From Bdellovibrionales bacterium (GTDB lineage Bacteria; Bdellovibrionota; Bdellovibrionia; Bdellovibrionales; UBA1609), in contig JAPPLY010000069.1 in the NCBI GenBank assembly GCA_028819305.1, forward strand, positions 1,628 to 65,627: a stretch of DNA of 64,000 nucleotides, in the 5' to 3' direction. Below the pieces are notes generated by a model. The model was given only the letters and a program-made list of their open reading frames with translations. It searched no databases and had not been told where the DNA came from. Shown in pieces: positions 45,420-54,610 of the stretch. Position 1 is the first letter of the stretch. Each line of letters begins with the position of its first letter. A program made the translations under genes and the position numbers.

Positions 45420-46934
45420 CTAACCATTTACTGTTTTTAATAACTCTGAGGGGGAGTAACAAGATTGGGAACGAACGGATAAGATACAACTTAGATAAGC
45501 TAGAAAAAAGATACAAGCAAACAGTCCGAACATAAATATGAAATTAAACTCCACGGGAAATTGAGCCCCGGCGTGAAATTGAGATAAAATAGGAATACGG
45601 GAGTATTTGAGAAATAAGCAAATAAACAAACTAAAAACCCAGGCTCCCAAAATTCCAAATGAGCATAATAACAATCCCATTTTCACAAACAAGCTCTGTA
45701 CTTTTTGCACTGGCATCCCTATAGCCATTAAAGCTCCTATCTCCTTTTTTTTCTGAACCATCAATAAAGCCAACAAAGAAGAAACAGCTAACAAAGTAAT
45801 AAGCCCCGCTAAGGATAAAAAAACGCTCATAATGATTTTTTCCACTTTCAAGGCGAGAAATACAGAGGAGTTTCTCTCTGGCCAGGCCTCTACGGAAAAC
45901 CCCTCTTTTTCCAACACTGTTTTATACGGCAAAAAATCTTCCGGTTCTGTTAAACTCATTTCAAAACCGGCATGGTAAGAACTATTTTTCCGAAAAGCAG
46001 GAAAATCTTTCCTGTTATAAAAAATGTAATTGGCATTCCATACTGCATTCTGAGTGGAAACAATAGACCCTATGTGAGCAGATTCAAATGGGATGGGTTC
46101 CCCTGGTGGAAGTAACAAATTTTCCGCTGGTATTAAATGTACTGTTTCCTCCTCGTATAAATCCAACTCACTCGCCAAACCGAAACCCAATACAATTTTC
46201 TTTTGTTCATCTTTATCTTCTTCCTTCTCCACTTCTTCTTTTTTTTCTTGAACGAAAAATAACTCTTCTTCTCCTAATCGAACCATCTTTAAATTCAGAA
46301 AGTCTTTTTTAGGCTTTTTATTATTTTTCTTCCCCGAATTATTCTGTTCCTGCTCTTCTTGAGCTTTTCCCTTCACCGAAATATGATCCAAAATATCCCC
46401 TTCCGTAGATAAAATAAAATCCCCTCTTATCTTTTGCAAAAAACTTTCTAACCAATAAGAATCGTAACCTCTAGCCACAGCTCCCGAAAACACGCCTTTT
46501 GGAGTTCGTATAACTATATCCACACTTTCAAAAAAAGAGAGGGAAATCACTTTCGAGTCTAGATCCTCCGATTTTAAAATTTTTTGAATCTTCTTTTTTT
46601 GTTCTTGAATATCCCCTTCCGGTATTATTTTTCCGGAATTTTCAAACCCGATCGGTACAAATTCATCAGTAAAAGAAATGTTTTCTTTATCCTGCTTCTT
46701 CTTTTCTAAAGAAATAATAATATGAGGTTCCGTTTCTAAAAATCGCTCTTTAATGGCCTGCCCTAATCCCCCCATAACATTAAATACAATCAATAAACTG
46801 CCAATAGAGATCACTAACCCTAAAAGACAAATAAAAGACACTCTTCGCACGACAGAATTGGCTCTTTTAGAAAAAAGATACCGATAAAAAAAAGTAAAAG
46901 CGGATAATGTACAAGGCAGCTTAACTTTAAACAA
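45420..46934 (-). CDS. FtsX-like ABC transporter permease, LolC/E-like, with Lys/Glu-rich insertion
   Basis: FFYRYLFSKRANSVVRRVSFICLLGLVISIGSLLIVFNVMGGL plus the C-terminal FtsX TM bundle. Start set at the TTG for ...LFKVKL, because the upstream 14 codons are a repeat element (GGAAACGGGGATCATCCCCGAGGGG). Confidence 0.6.
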   Translation of the reverse strand: MFKVKLPCTLSAFTFFYRYLFSKRANSVVRRVSFICLLGLVISIGSLLIVFNVMGGLGQAIKERFLETEPHIIISLEKKKQDKENISFTDEFVPIGFENSGKIIPEGDIQEQKKKIQKILKSEDLDSKVISLSFFESVDIVIRTPKGVFSGAVARGYDSYWLESFLQKIRGDFILSTEGDILDHISVKGKAQEEQEQNNSGKKNNKKPKKDFLNLKMVRLGEEELFFVQEKKEEVEKEEDKDEQKKIVLGFGLASELDLYEEETVHLIPAENLLLPPGEPIPFESAHIGSIVSTQNAVWNANYIFYNRKDFPAFRKNSSYHAGFEMSLTEPEDFLPYKTVLEKEGFSVEAWPERNSSVFLALKVEKIIMSVFLSLAGLITLLAVSSLLALLMVQKKKEIGALMAIGMPVQKVQSLFVKMGLLLCSFGILGAWVFSLFICLFLKYSRIPILSQFHAGAQFPVEFNFIFMFGLFACIFFLAYLSCILSVRSQSCYSPSELLKTVNG

Positions 46935-47124
46935 AATTATACCCCTCGGGGATGATCCCCGTTTCCACAAGGACAAATTTTTCCACTCTTTTCATTCATA
47001 TCAATTTGAATCTTGTCCCTTAAATGAGTTGTTCTAACCATCCTTAATCAATGAGGATATTCCTTATTATAAATTAGGAAAATGAAAAGGCCAGTGAGAT
47101 TTTTATGCCTTTAAAACCTCATCC

Positions 47125-48423
47125 TTAATAAAATAAGTATTTTTTCATTTGTTCCTGCCAGAGTTTTTCATCAGCAGATAATTTTTCTTCCAATTCCATG
47201 ATAGAAGCACTTTGATCTGCAATCCAGTGTCTTAAAAAATCATCTCCTGATAAAATATCAATAGGTGGTTTTTCATACTCATACTCATAAGGGGGCGGAG
47301 CTATCCAATCAAAGTCTGGATGGTGTTTTTTAAGGCACTTAAGGAATAAACTAACCATTCGATAAGGATGGAAATCCTGTTCTTTGTAAAAAGGATCTTG
47401 AGCATAAATCCGAATGGCCGAGCAGATTTGATTTTGAAATTTGTCAAAGACCGGCTGGAAAAACTCTTCTCTTAATACACAACCCGTTAGCCACTGAGGA
47501 GCTATCTTAGCCATAGATTCTAAAATATTTTTCGTATTCATTTCAGGAAAGCCAAAAGCTTTTAAAGGAAAAACTGTTCCGCGTGCTTCAGATACTTTTG
47601 TTCCTTCTAATAAAACGGTGCCACTATAGCAACGGGCACATTCTTCATCTACCATATTAGGGCTGGGGAGCACCCAAGGTAAATCGTCTGGCCAGGCCTC
47701 TTTTTCCGGTTGATAACCTTTCATTTTTATTATTTCCAATTTCATATTCAATTTTTTTAAAGAGCAGTACCAATTTGCCGCTTCCGCTAAGGTTAGTCCG
47801 TGGCGGATAGGGAGAGGGGCTGCCCCTACAAAGCTTATAAACTTTTTATTTAGTATAGAACCTTCCACCTTTCTTCCGGCAGGATTAGGGCGATCCAGTA
47901 TCCATACCTCCTTACCGGCAGAGGAGCAATCCTCCAGGACATAAAAAAGGGTTGTTAAATAGGTATATACACGACAACCTACATCCTGTAAGTCCACTAT
48001 TAACACATCAAAATGAGAGAGCATTTCTTTTGTAAGCCTTCTGGTTTTACTGGAGTAAAGGCTGAAAATAGGGTAAGGGTTGATATTATTAGTGCTGGTG
48101 TAACTCTTTGAAGGTTTATTCAAATAAAACCCTTTGGATTTATCCTTTCTTATGGTTGTTCCCCTTGGGGATTCTCCCCAAGGAGACCCTGTTAGCTTAT
48201 CTTCTGTTGTAATCATATTAGCTTGTCTAGTGCTATTAAAACCATGTTGAGGACCAATAAGACAGTTTATTTTTAATGGTGTGTGGGAGGGGATGAGATC
48301 AAGAGAGTGTTGTAGATTTTGTGTTACAGAAGCTTGATGACCTAAGAAAGCAAGGCGGCTTTTTTCCAGACGACCTTGCCACTTTTTTTCTTTAATAAAA
48401 GATTCAATACCTAGTTCAAACAT
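47125..48423 (-). CDS. DUF1343-family protein (NamZ-like exo-muramidase family) carrying an in-frame repeat-element insertion
   Basis: 432 aa. PIFSLYSSKTRRLTKEMLSHFDVLIVDLQDVGCRVYTYLTTLFYVLE and ILDRPNPAGRKVEGSIL match the DUF1343 core. Confidence 0.8.
   Translation of the reverse strand: MFELGIESFIKEKKWQGRLEKSRLAFLGHQASVTQNLQHSLDLIPSHTPLKINCLIGPQHGFNSTRQANMITTEDKLTGSPWGESPRGTTIRKDKSKGFYLNKPSKSYTSTNNINPYPIFSLYSSKTRRLTKEMLSHFDVLIVDLQDVGCRVYTYLTTLFYVLEDCSSAGKEVWILDRPNPAGRKVEGSILNKKFISFVGAAPLPIRHGLTLAEAANWYCSLKKLNMKLEIIKMKGYQPEKEAWPDDLPWVLPSPNMVDEECARCYSGTVLLEGTKVSEARGTVFPLKAFGFPEMNTKNILESMAKIAPQWLTGCVLREEFFQPVFDKFQNQICSAIRIYAQDPFYKEQDFHPYRMVSLFLKCLKKHHPDFDWIAPPPYEYEYEKPPIDILSGDDFLRHWIADQSASIMELEEKLSADEKLWQEQMKKYLFY
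48073..48186 (-). mobile_element. composite palindromic element (T1-like hairpin plus T4 core) inserted in frame in the DUF1343 gene
   Basis: Coding strand CCTTGGGGA-GAA-TCCCCAAGG GGAACAACCATAA...AAATCCAAAGGGTTTTATTTGAATAAACC. Encodes SPWGESPRGTTIRKDKSKGFYLNKPSKSYTSTNNINPY between the conserved TG and PIFSLY. Confidence 0.7.
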
Positions 48424-48688
48424 GAAAAATTATTTTCTCCCGAAAGGGTGTTATACTGGTTCGTTATATTTCATTTTAAATTATATATTTTTATCTTTTT
48501 CTGTTGAAGTTGCTCTTTAATCTTTGGATATTAGTAAAAGCTTTTACATAACATTATAGATTTTTATGTTTTAAGTAAAGATGTAATATTTTCACTACTT
48601 TATTGAAATTGGTAAGTTTTTTTAGTAAATCATGGATTTTTCTATTAATATCTGTTATTTTAATGCCCTCTTATTATAAGAGGTTTAA

Positions 48689-49945
48689 ATGATGTTTTTT
48701 AAAGGTATCTTACTTATTTTACTATTAATGACGGTTGGATGTGTTCGTAATGAGGAAAAACGGGACGAAGATAAAGAAAAAGTTTTTGATCTTTGTCATT
48801 TCCCTAATAGTCTTAAACAAGCTGTTGTAAAAAAACTAAAAAAGAAATGTGAATCTGTCATTCCAGAAGACATAATTGATATTACTCATTTAAAAATAAA
48901 AAATGTCAGTGAACAGGATACAAAATTATTAAGTAAAAAATATGCTATGTATTTTTTAACTCTTGAAGAGTTGGATATATCAGATAATCCTAATATGCTA
49001 TCTCTTCCAGAATTTGTGATTTATCTGCCTAAATTAAAAAAGTTAGATATTTCAAAAACAGGAATTAAGAGTTTCCATCAAGAGATATCTCGTCTGGACA
49101 CCCTCACAGTATTGATAGCCTCTCACAATCATTATGAGAATCAGGAACCTCCTCTGGCGGTTTTTTCTCTCATTAATTTAAAGGTATTGGATATGTCTTA
49201 TAGCTCTATTCATTATATTGATGAGTATATTTATAAGCTAGAGAATTTAGAAGAGTTGTATCTAGCCGGGAATCAGTTAATGGTGGTTCCTTTTATGTTG
49301 CATATAATGCCTAGTCTATTACTGGTGGATTTAAGGGATAATAATTTTCATTCTCCTTCGGGATTAGAGTCTATGTTTGGTGGTGATTCATTAAATACTC
49401 TATATACATGTAAGGATGTTAATGACGACTCGGATAGGGAATCATGCCAGGAAGATATGTTAGAGAACTTCAAATGTGAGTGGTGGTATGAACTCCCTTT
49501 TAAAAGAGGAAAACCTTTTAGAAGGTATAAGGAAATGACAGATGAGGAGTTTGAAGTTTCTTTTAGGCTAGATGGTAAACATAGATGTTACTTATGGTGG
49601 CTCAATACTAAGTACATGTCTCTTACAGATAATGAGAAGGCTGCTTATCTTGAACATACTATTAATGGGAAGACCCATCGGGAATTACAGGTACTCCTTC
49701 CAGCAATGATAGAACATTGGGGAGGTTGGTATGGGTTAAAAGCTATGATTGGTATTTGTGAATATAGAATACTGTTTGCGGATACATCATATCATGTTGA
49801 TAGCCAGGAAGTTTTTCCTGAAGATTATTATGCAGAAAAATGGATTGAATATCCTGAGGAATGTGAGATGGATTTACATCTGTATCAGGATCACCCTTTA
49901 TATGAACAGTGGGTTGAGCAACTTAACAATCAGAAGACAAATTAA
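48689..49945 (+). CDS. leucine-rich-repeat lipoprotein
   Basis: 418 aa, lipobox LMTVGC. About 6 LRRs (LEELDISDNPNMLSLP, LKKLDISKTGIKSF, LKVLDMSYSSIHYI, LEELYLAGNQLMVVP, LLLVDLRDNNF). Trp/Cys-rich orphan C-domain. Confidence 0.75.
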   Translation: MMFFKGILLILLLMTVGCVRNEEKRDEDKEKVFDLCHFPNSLKQAVVKKLKKKCESVIPEDIIDITHLKIKNVSEQDTKLLSKKYAMYFLTLEELDISDNPNMLSLPEFVIYLPKLKKLDISKTGIKSFHQEISRLDTLTVLIASHNHYENQEPPLAVFSLINLKVLDMSYSSIHYIDEYIYKLENLEELYLAGNQLMVVPFMLHIMPSLLLVDLRDNNFHSPSGLESMFGGDSLNTLYTCKDVNDDSDRESCQEDMLENFKCEWWYELPFKRGKPFRRYKEMTDEEFEVSFRLDGKHRCYLWWLNTKYMSLTDNEKAAYLEHTINGKTHRELQVLLPAMIEHWGGWYGLKAMIGICEYRILFADTSYHVDSQEVFPEDYYAEKWIEYPEECEMDLHLYQDHPLYEQWVEQLNNQKTN

Positions 49946-50016
49946 CCTAATGTAAAAATAGGTGCTGAGTTTATAAATAAGGAAAATCTACTGAGGATGA
50001 GGAAAAGAGGTAGTAT

Positions 50017-53000
50017 ATGTTTCAGATAGTAAAAATATTCAACCTCAAGTTATTGTTACGGTTGGTTCTGTGTACTCAATTGTGTTTGAGTCCTTATTAT
50101 GGGTATTCAGCGGACAGTCCTGACAATTCTGACAACCCGACTGAGAAGAAAAGCTTTCCTTTGACAGGAGAGAGCACAGAGCAAGAAGAAGAGGCCAATG
50201 TTCGGAGACTTTTACAAGAACAGCAGGAGGAACTCAGAACGGAATATGGAGATAACCCGCGAATATGGAAAAAAATAGAGGCTGTCAATAAATTAGCTGC
50301 AGCTATTGATTTAGGAACAGTGAACGAATATCTTGCTGCCCATCCAGAAGTAAAGAAGGAAGCACAGAATCTTTTTCTTTTTGCTGACCAGACAGTGGAG
50401 TCTATTGAATATCATTTTGACTCTAAGACAAATAGGTTTATACAACAGGTGGGAGAAACTCTTAGGTTTAACGATTCTGCCAGCCATCCTATTCCTGTTA
50501 TATTCAATAATATCAAAGTTCGATATAATAAAAAATCCAGAGAATTGATTTTTGAGGGGATACTGCAAAAAAATATAAGAGGTACAGTGGAGGAACAGGT
50601 GGTCGTGCGTCATCGTGTTCCTGATATGGATATTATAAACTATGCCAATGATAGAGAGATGTTAGCTATTGTGGATCAGAAAAAAGGCTTGCTTTTAGTG
50701 GATATGGTGTTTGTGGAAGCTCACCTCAGTAGAACTCCTATTCCCTTTACAAAAGTTTATGTGCCAATACTGGAAAATTTAGAACAAAAAATAGCATCAG
50801 ATTCAAAAAAAGGTGTTGTTGATGTTGAGTTTGTTAATGAAAGTGTTCGTCGTCCTGATATAGCACCGGAATATATGGAAGCTATGGAAAAAACCTTTGA
50901 AGGTCGTTCTTTTGTTACTGCTGGTGACTTAATGATTTCCTATACAGATTCTAATAAACAAAAGCATCTTGTTCAATTTCTAAAAAGAACGGATATGGCA
51001 AGTTGGTTGAAAATGGAATTCTCGGTATTGAATATGATGATCAATACAGTAGCCCCCTACCTCATGGATGCAGAAGAGTTAAAACGCTTTGCTGAAGAAA
51101 AAAGAGATTTTCAGGCTAGGGGTGATAATAATGAACAACGAGAGAGTGGACAAAAAGAAGAAAGAATATTGTTAGATTACATGTTGTCCGGTTTTTTTAC
51201 TTCTGAATCCATTCAAAAATTGGTTCAAGCAAAAGGAGCTATAAAACAAAGAAGTGAACAGTTATCTAATTTATCTGAACGGGAAATTATATTGTACGAT
51301 GAGTGGGAACAGAATTTTAAGAAGATATCCAGGCGGATCAACTCTCTTAAAAGAAATCCCTCTAAAAGAACTGATCTGCGGGAGGCAGGTTTATCTGCAA
51401 AGGTAAGTCAGAGCGTGGTAGAACGTAAATCCATCGGGAATGTGTTTACAACAGGGGATATATTTACCTTATCCTCTAAAGGATACCCTTCTAAAGAAGA
51501 AGAAAGTAAAAAAGAGATAAGAAATAAGGCTCTTCGATGGATTGCCAGTAAATCTAAACCCGGATGGGAGTTTGTAAAAGAAAAGAAGGTGGAATTAGGT
51601 ATCGGGGCGGTTCTCTTTTTAACGGCAGGTTATTTTATGTCGAAGAAGCTTACTTATACTGATGGAGTTGCATTTTACACAACAACGACACTTCCTCATC
51701 TGCTTATTGTAGGGACATTGCTTCCGGTTTTATTCTATTCGATGGCTCGTTATTATCCTGATGCTATGGAAAAAACAAAGATTTTTTATGATGCTAAAAT
51801 AGGTAAGATGGATTCCTGGGCAAGAGAGTTTATGCAAAAATCTGTAGAAAGATGGAAAGACACAGGGTATCATCATAGGTTGGCTAATTGGGGAGCGAGA
51901 ATTGTTTCTTTTGGTATGCTTCCCTTTTGGATTCGTATTACAGAATGGATGGGGCAACCTCATTTTTTTCCGGCTTTACAAAAAAAACTAAAAGTATTTG
52001 ATAAAATTTCCCCGGATTCGGATATTGGTCAAATTGTAGGTCTTAAGAAAGACACAGCTCTTGGTATTTCCAACTTTCAGTGGAATAGAAGTAGTAAAGA
52101 CTTTGTTACACATGAACATTTACAAAATGTAGCTCAAGAGAAACAGTTTCGTATGCAGTCCATTGCCTGGTTAATGGCTACCTTAGCTGTTACGCAGGCA
52201 GAAGGTGTGAGTCCGGCGGAAATTCTTATATATGGAGTCAGTAATTTTGATTTAGATGCGGTAATAAGAGCGCAAAAAGATGCTGAGTTACGATCTGAAT
52301 TATTATGGGTAATGAAGAATTTGTATGCGGAAATAGAAAAAAAGAATGAACTAGATATGCGAAAAGAACTGGCAGAGTTGGATCCAAAAATTCTAACAAC
52401 CTATTATGAAGAAGCCAAACAATTAGCTCAGAAATTTCATGCTTCTCCTAATAAAAAGAAGATTCGGAAAATGGTTTATAATATAACACAACTTATTGAT
52501 AAAACTCCTTTAGGGTATCTTCGTCATCCTCGTAATATCGCAACTCTTAATATGGTTGAAAGTGATCTCTTACGAAGAGTACCAACTGATTTCGTAGCGG
52601 AAAGAGTTGTATTAGAATTTTTGATGGATCACTTAGTAGTTATTTTTATGCCTCTTGTTGCGACAGGGCGAGCTGACATTAATTTGGAAACTATGACGAG
52701 GGATATGTCAATATATGCAAATAAATTTGCCTTTACCGGGGAAGCTCATCTTCAGGATGTGTGGTTGAATGTTATAATTCATTTTTTTTTAGCTGCTGGT
52801 CAACGTAGTTTGCTTTTTACCCAATCAGCGTCAGATATTCAAAAAATTCACAAAAAATATGCTGGTGTTTATGAGCCAAAAGGAAAATTTTTACATGGAA
52901 TAGAAGATAAAGAGAATAGAATACGAGATGAATTTAAATCTCTTTTTTCATATCTTAAAATGCGAGGGGAATCTGACGCCAGTAAAGGTTATCCAAATAA

Positions 53001-53823
53001 TTTTGGTGACCTCATGTGGAAGGATTGGAAGACAAGAACTAAAATGTGGCAAATAGGAGCTATTTTGCACTCAAGCATGAGATGGGCTTTAACCGAACAA
53101 ACCTGGAGTCAAATCTTTTTTTCTTACCTGATAATAAACCTGGCGGGTGGAGCTATTAACGGATGGTGGATGTGGATTAATGGAGCTGCTCAATTAAATG
53201 ATGCAAAATTGATCGAGAACAGGGAAAGAATGGAAACATTACGGAATAAACTATATAAAATAAAACAGAAGTTACATACCAGTGAAAAGGATTTACATGC
53301 TTCTTATAAAAAGGTTTTGTTAGAAATAGTAGATCTGTATCGTAAAAATGGTTTGAAAAGAGAATTGCTTAAAGCAGTTGAAACAGTTAACCCTGCTTTA
53401 TTTTCTTATGTAAACCAATTGTCAAAGGCGGTTCAAGCGGAGTGGTCTATTCTTCAAAGTAAAGAAGAAATAACTCTTACAGCAGAGCGTCTGTTAATGT
53501 TAATTTCTAAAAATCCCCCCCTTCCCACAGAAAAAAGTAAGTTTTCTAGAAGTGCAATAGCGTTTGGTTTAGGAGGTATTGCTAGTACTATAGCAGCGGT
53601 GGAATTGATCATATACACTTTTGATCCTAACTATCTTAATTGGGGTACAGTAGGGGTGTTAGCAGCTAGTGTCTTTTCCATTTATATAGCTTTATGGTGG
53701 GGTTATAAAAAGTATGATCTAAAATGGAGAACCTACTTCTATGAAAGAGCGTTGGGTTTAGGTAGAGGAGTGAGAAATGTTTGTCGTCGAGCTTTTAACA
53801 ATCCTATGTCAGCGAGAGAATAA
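50017..53823 (+). CDS. very large hypothetical polytopic membrane protein
   Basis: 1268 aa. Signal-like N-terminus, soluble region of about 520 aa, then at least 8 hydrophobic segments interspersed with coiled-coil-like stretches. No motif recognised. Confidence 0.6.
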   Translation: MFQIVKIFNLKLLLRLVLCTQLCLSPYYGYSADSPDNSDNPTEKKSFPLTGESTEQEEEANVRRLLQEQQEELRTEYGDNPRIWKKIEAVNKLAAAIDLGTVNEYLAAHPEVKKEAQNLFLFADQTVESIEYHFDSKTNRFIQQVGETLRFNDSASHPIPVIFNNIKVRYNKKSRELIFEGILQKNIRGTVEEQVVVRHRVPDMDIINYANDREMLAIVDQKKGLLLVDMVFVEAHLSRTPIPFTKVYVPILENLEQKIASDSKKGVVDVEFVNESVRRPDIAPEYMEAMEKTFEGRSFVTAGDLMISYTDSNKQKHLVQFLKRTDMASWLKMEFSVLNMMINTVAPYLMDAEELKRFAEEKRDFQARGDNNEQRESGQKEERILLDYMLSGFFTSESIQKLVQAKGAIKQRSEQLSNLSEREIILYDEWEQNFKKISRRINSLKRNPSKRTDLREAGLSAKVSQSVVERKSIGNVFTTGDIFTLSSKGYPSKEEESKKEIRNKALRWIASKSKPGWEFVKEKKVELGIGAVLFLTAGYFMSKKLTYTDGVAFYTTTTLPHLLIVGTLLPVLFYSMARYYPDAMEKTKIFYDAKIGKMDSWAREFMQKSVERWKDTGYHHRLANWGARIVSFGMLPFWIRITEWMGQPHFFPALQKKLKVFDKISPDSDIGQIVGLKKDTALGISNFQWNRSSKDFVTHEHLQNVAQEKQFRMQSIAWLMATLAVTQAEGVSPAEILIYGVSNFDLDAVIRAQKDAELRSELLWVMKNLYAEIEKKNELDMRKELAELDPKILTTYYEEAKQLAQKFHASPNKKKIRKMVYNITQLIDKTPLGYLRHPRNIATLNMVESDLLRRVPTDFVAERVVLEFLMDHLVVIFMPLVATGRADINLETMTRDMSIYANKFAFTGEAHLQDVWLNVIIHFFLAAGQRSLLFTQSASDIQKIHKKYAGVYEPKGKFLHGIEDKENRIRDEFKSLFSYLKMRGESDASKGYPNNFGDLMWKDWKTRTKMWQIGAILHSSMRWALTEQTWSQIFFSYLIINLAGGAINGWWMWINGAAQLNDAKLIENRERMETLRNKLYKIKQKLHTSEKDLHASYKKVLLEIVDLYRKNGLKRELLKAVETVNPALFSYVNQLSKAVQAEWSILQSKEEITLTAERLLMLISKNPPLPTEKSKFSRSAIAFGLGGIASTIAAVELIIYTFDPNYLNWGTVGVLAASVFSIYIALWWGYKKYDLKWRTYFYERALGLGRGVRNVCRRAFNNPMSARE

Positions 53824-53824
53824 A

Positions 53825-53862
53825 AAGGGGATATCCTCCTTATATTTCCCCTTGAGGTTTTT
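53825..53862 (+). terminator. candidate intrinsic terminator
   Basis: Stem AAGGGGA / TCCCCTT with a 15-nt loop, followed by GAGGTTTTT. Confidence 0.35.
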
Positions 53863-53865
53863 CTG

Positions 53866-53898
53866 TTCTGTGGAAACGGGGATAAAACAAGATCAGTA
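53866..53898. repeat. T1 terminus variant
   Basis: CTGTGGAAACGGGGATAAAACAAGATCAGTATA. Confidence 0.7.
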
Positions 53899-53921
53899 TA
53901 AAAAATATAGGACTTACATTT

Positions 53922-54443
53922 TTAAATTTTCTTATAAGAAATTTTAGGTGTAACTTTTTTTGCTTTGCTTTTTGCTTTTTGCTGGCGCATGTAAGTTATG
54001 TTTTTTTTCATAATCTCCCTTTGGAAGAGAGCCAATATTCTCACAGCTAATAAGGCGGCATTGTGGGCATTATCCACAGCTACAGTAGCTACGGGCACTC
54101 CTCGGGGCATTTGAGCTACAGATAAAAGAGAATCTAGCCCTTTTAGTTTTTTTGTCATAATCGGCACACCAATAACAGGTAAAGGAGTGAGAGAGGCGAC
54201 CATACCTGGGAGATGAGCGGCCCCTCCGGCACCGGCAATGATGACCTTAATACCTCTTCCTTTACATTCTTTAGCGTATTTTTGCATCATTTCCGGTGTG
54301 CGATGAGCTGACACCACTTTTACTTCATAGGGAATATGAAAATTTTCTAATATAGGAATAGCTGCTTCCATAGCCGGCCAGTCTGAATCACTCCCCATAA
54401 TAACAGATACCCTATTTTTATTAATGGTAGATTTTTTTTTCAT
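53922..54443 (-). CDS. purE: N5-carboxyaminoimidazole ribonucleotide mutase
   Basis: 173 aa. [33 protein letters not shown]. Confidence 0.92.
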   Translation of the reverse strand: MKKKSTINKNRVSVIMGSDSDWPAMEAAIPILENFHIPYEVKVVSAHRTPEMMQKYAKECKGRGIKVIIAGAGGAAHLPGMVASLTPLPVIGVPIMTKKLKGLDSLLSVAQMPRGVPVATVAVDNAHNAALLAVRILALFQREIMKKNITYMRQQKAKSKAKKVTPKISYKKI

Positions 54444-54489
54444 TTTAATTACCTCACATTTATTTAAGGCTAGGACAAGTTAAACTTTT

Positions 54490-54608
54490 TAGTTTGCCTA
54501 AATAAAACCCTTTGGTTTTATCTTCATTTTTTTTAATATTTTCAGTTGTTTTTTTATTTCTTTCCATGACTGTTTTCCTTTTAGGTTTGTCTAAATAAAG
54601 CTCTTTGG
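54490..54608. repeat. two direct copies of the T4 core in the purK-purE spacer
   Basis: TAGTTTGCCTAAATAAAACCCTTTGGTTTTATC and TAGGTTTGTCTAAATAAAGCTCTTTGGATTTAA. Same core as 48120-48150 and, in reverse complement, 1755-1783. Confidence 0.7.
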
Positions 54609-54610
54609 AT

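Noticed and set aside
50097-51963. Minus-strand ORFs inside the 1268-aa gene (50097..50288, 50311..50613, 51730..51963).
   Set aside because: They are antisense to a 3.8-kb uninterrupted ORF and have no independent signals.
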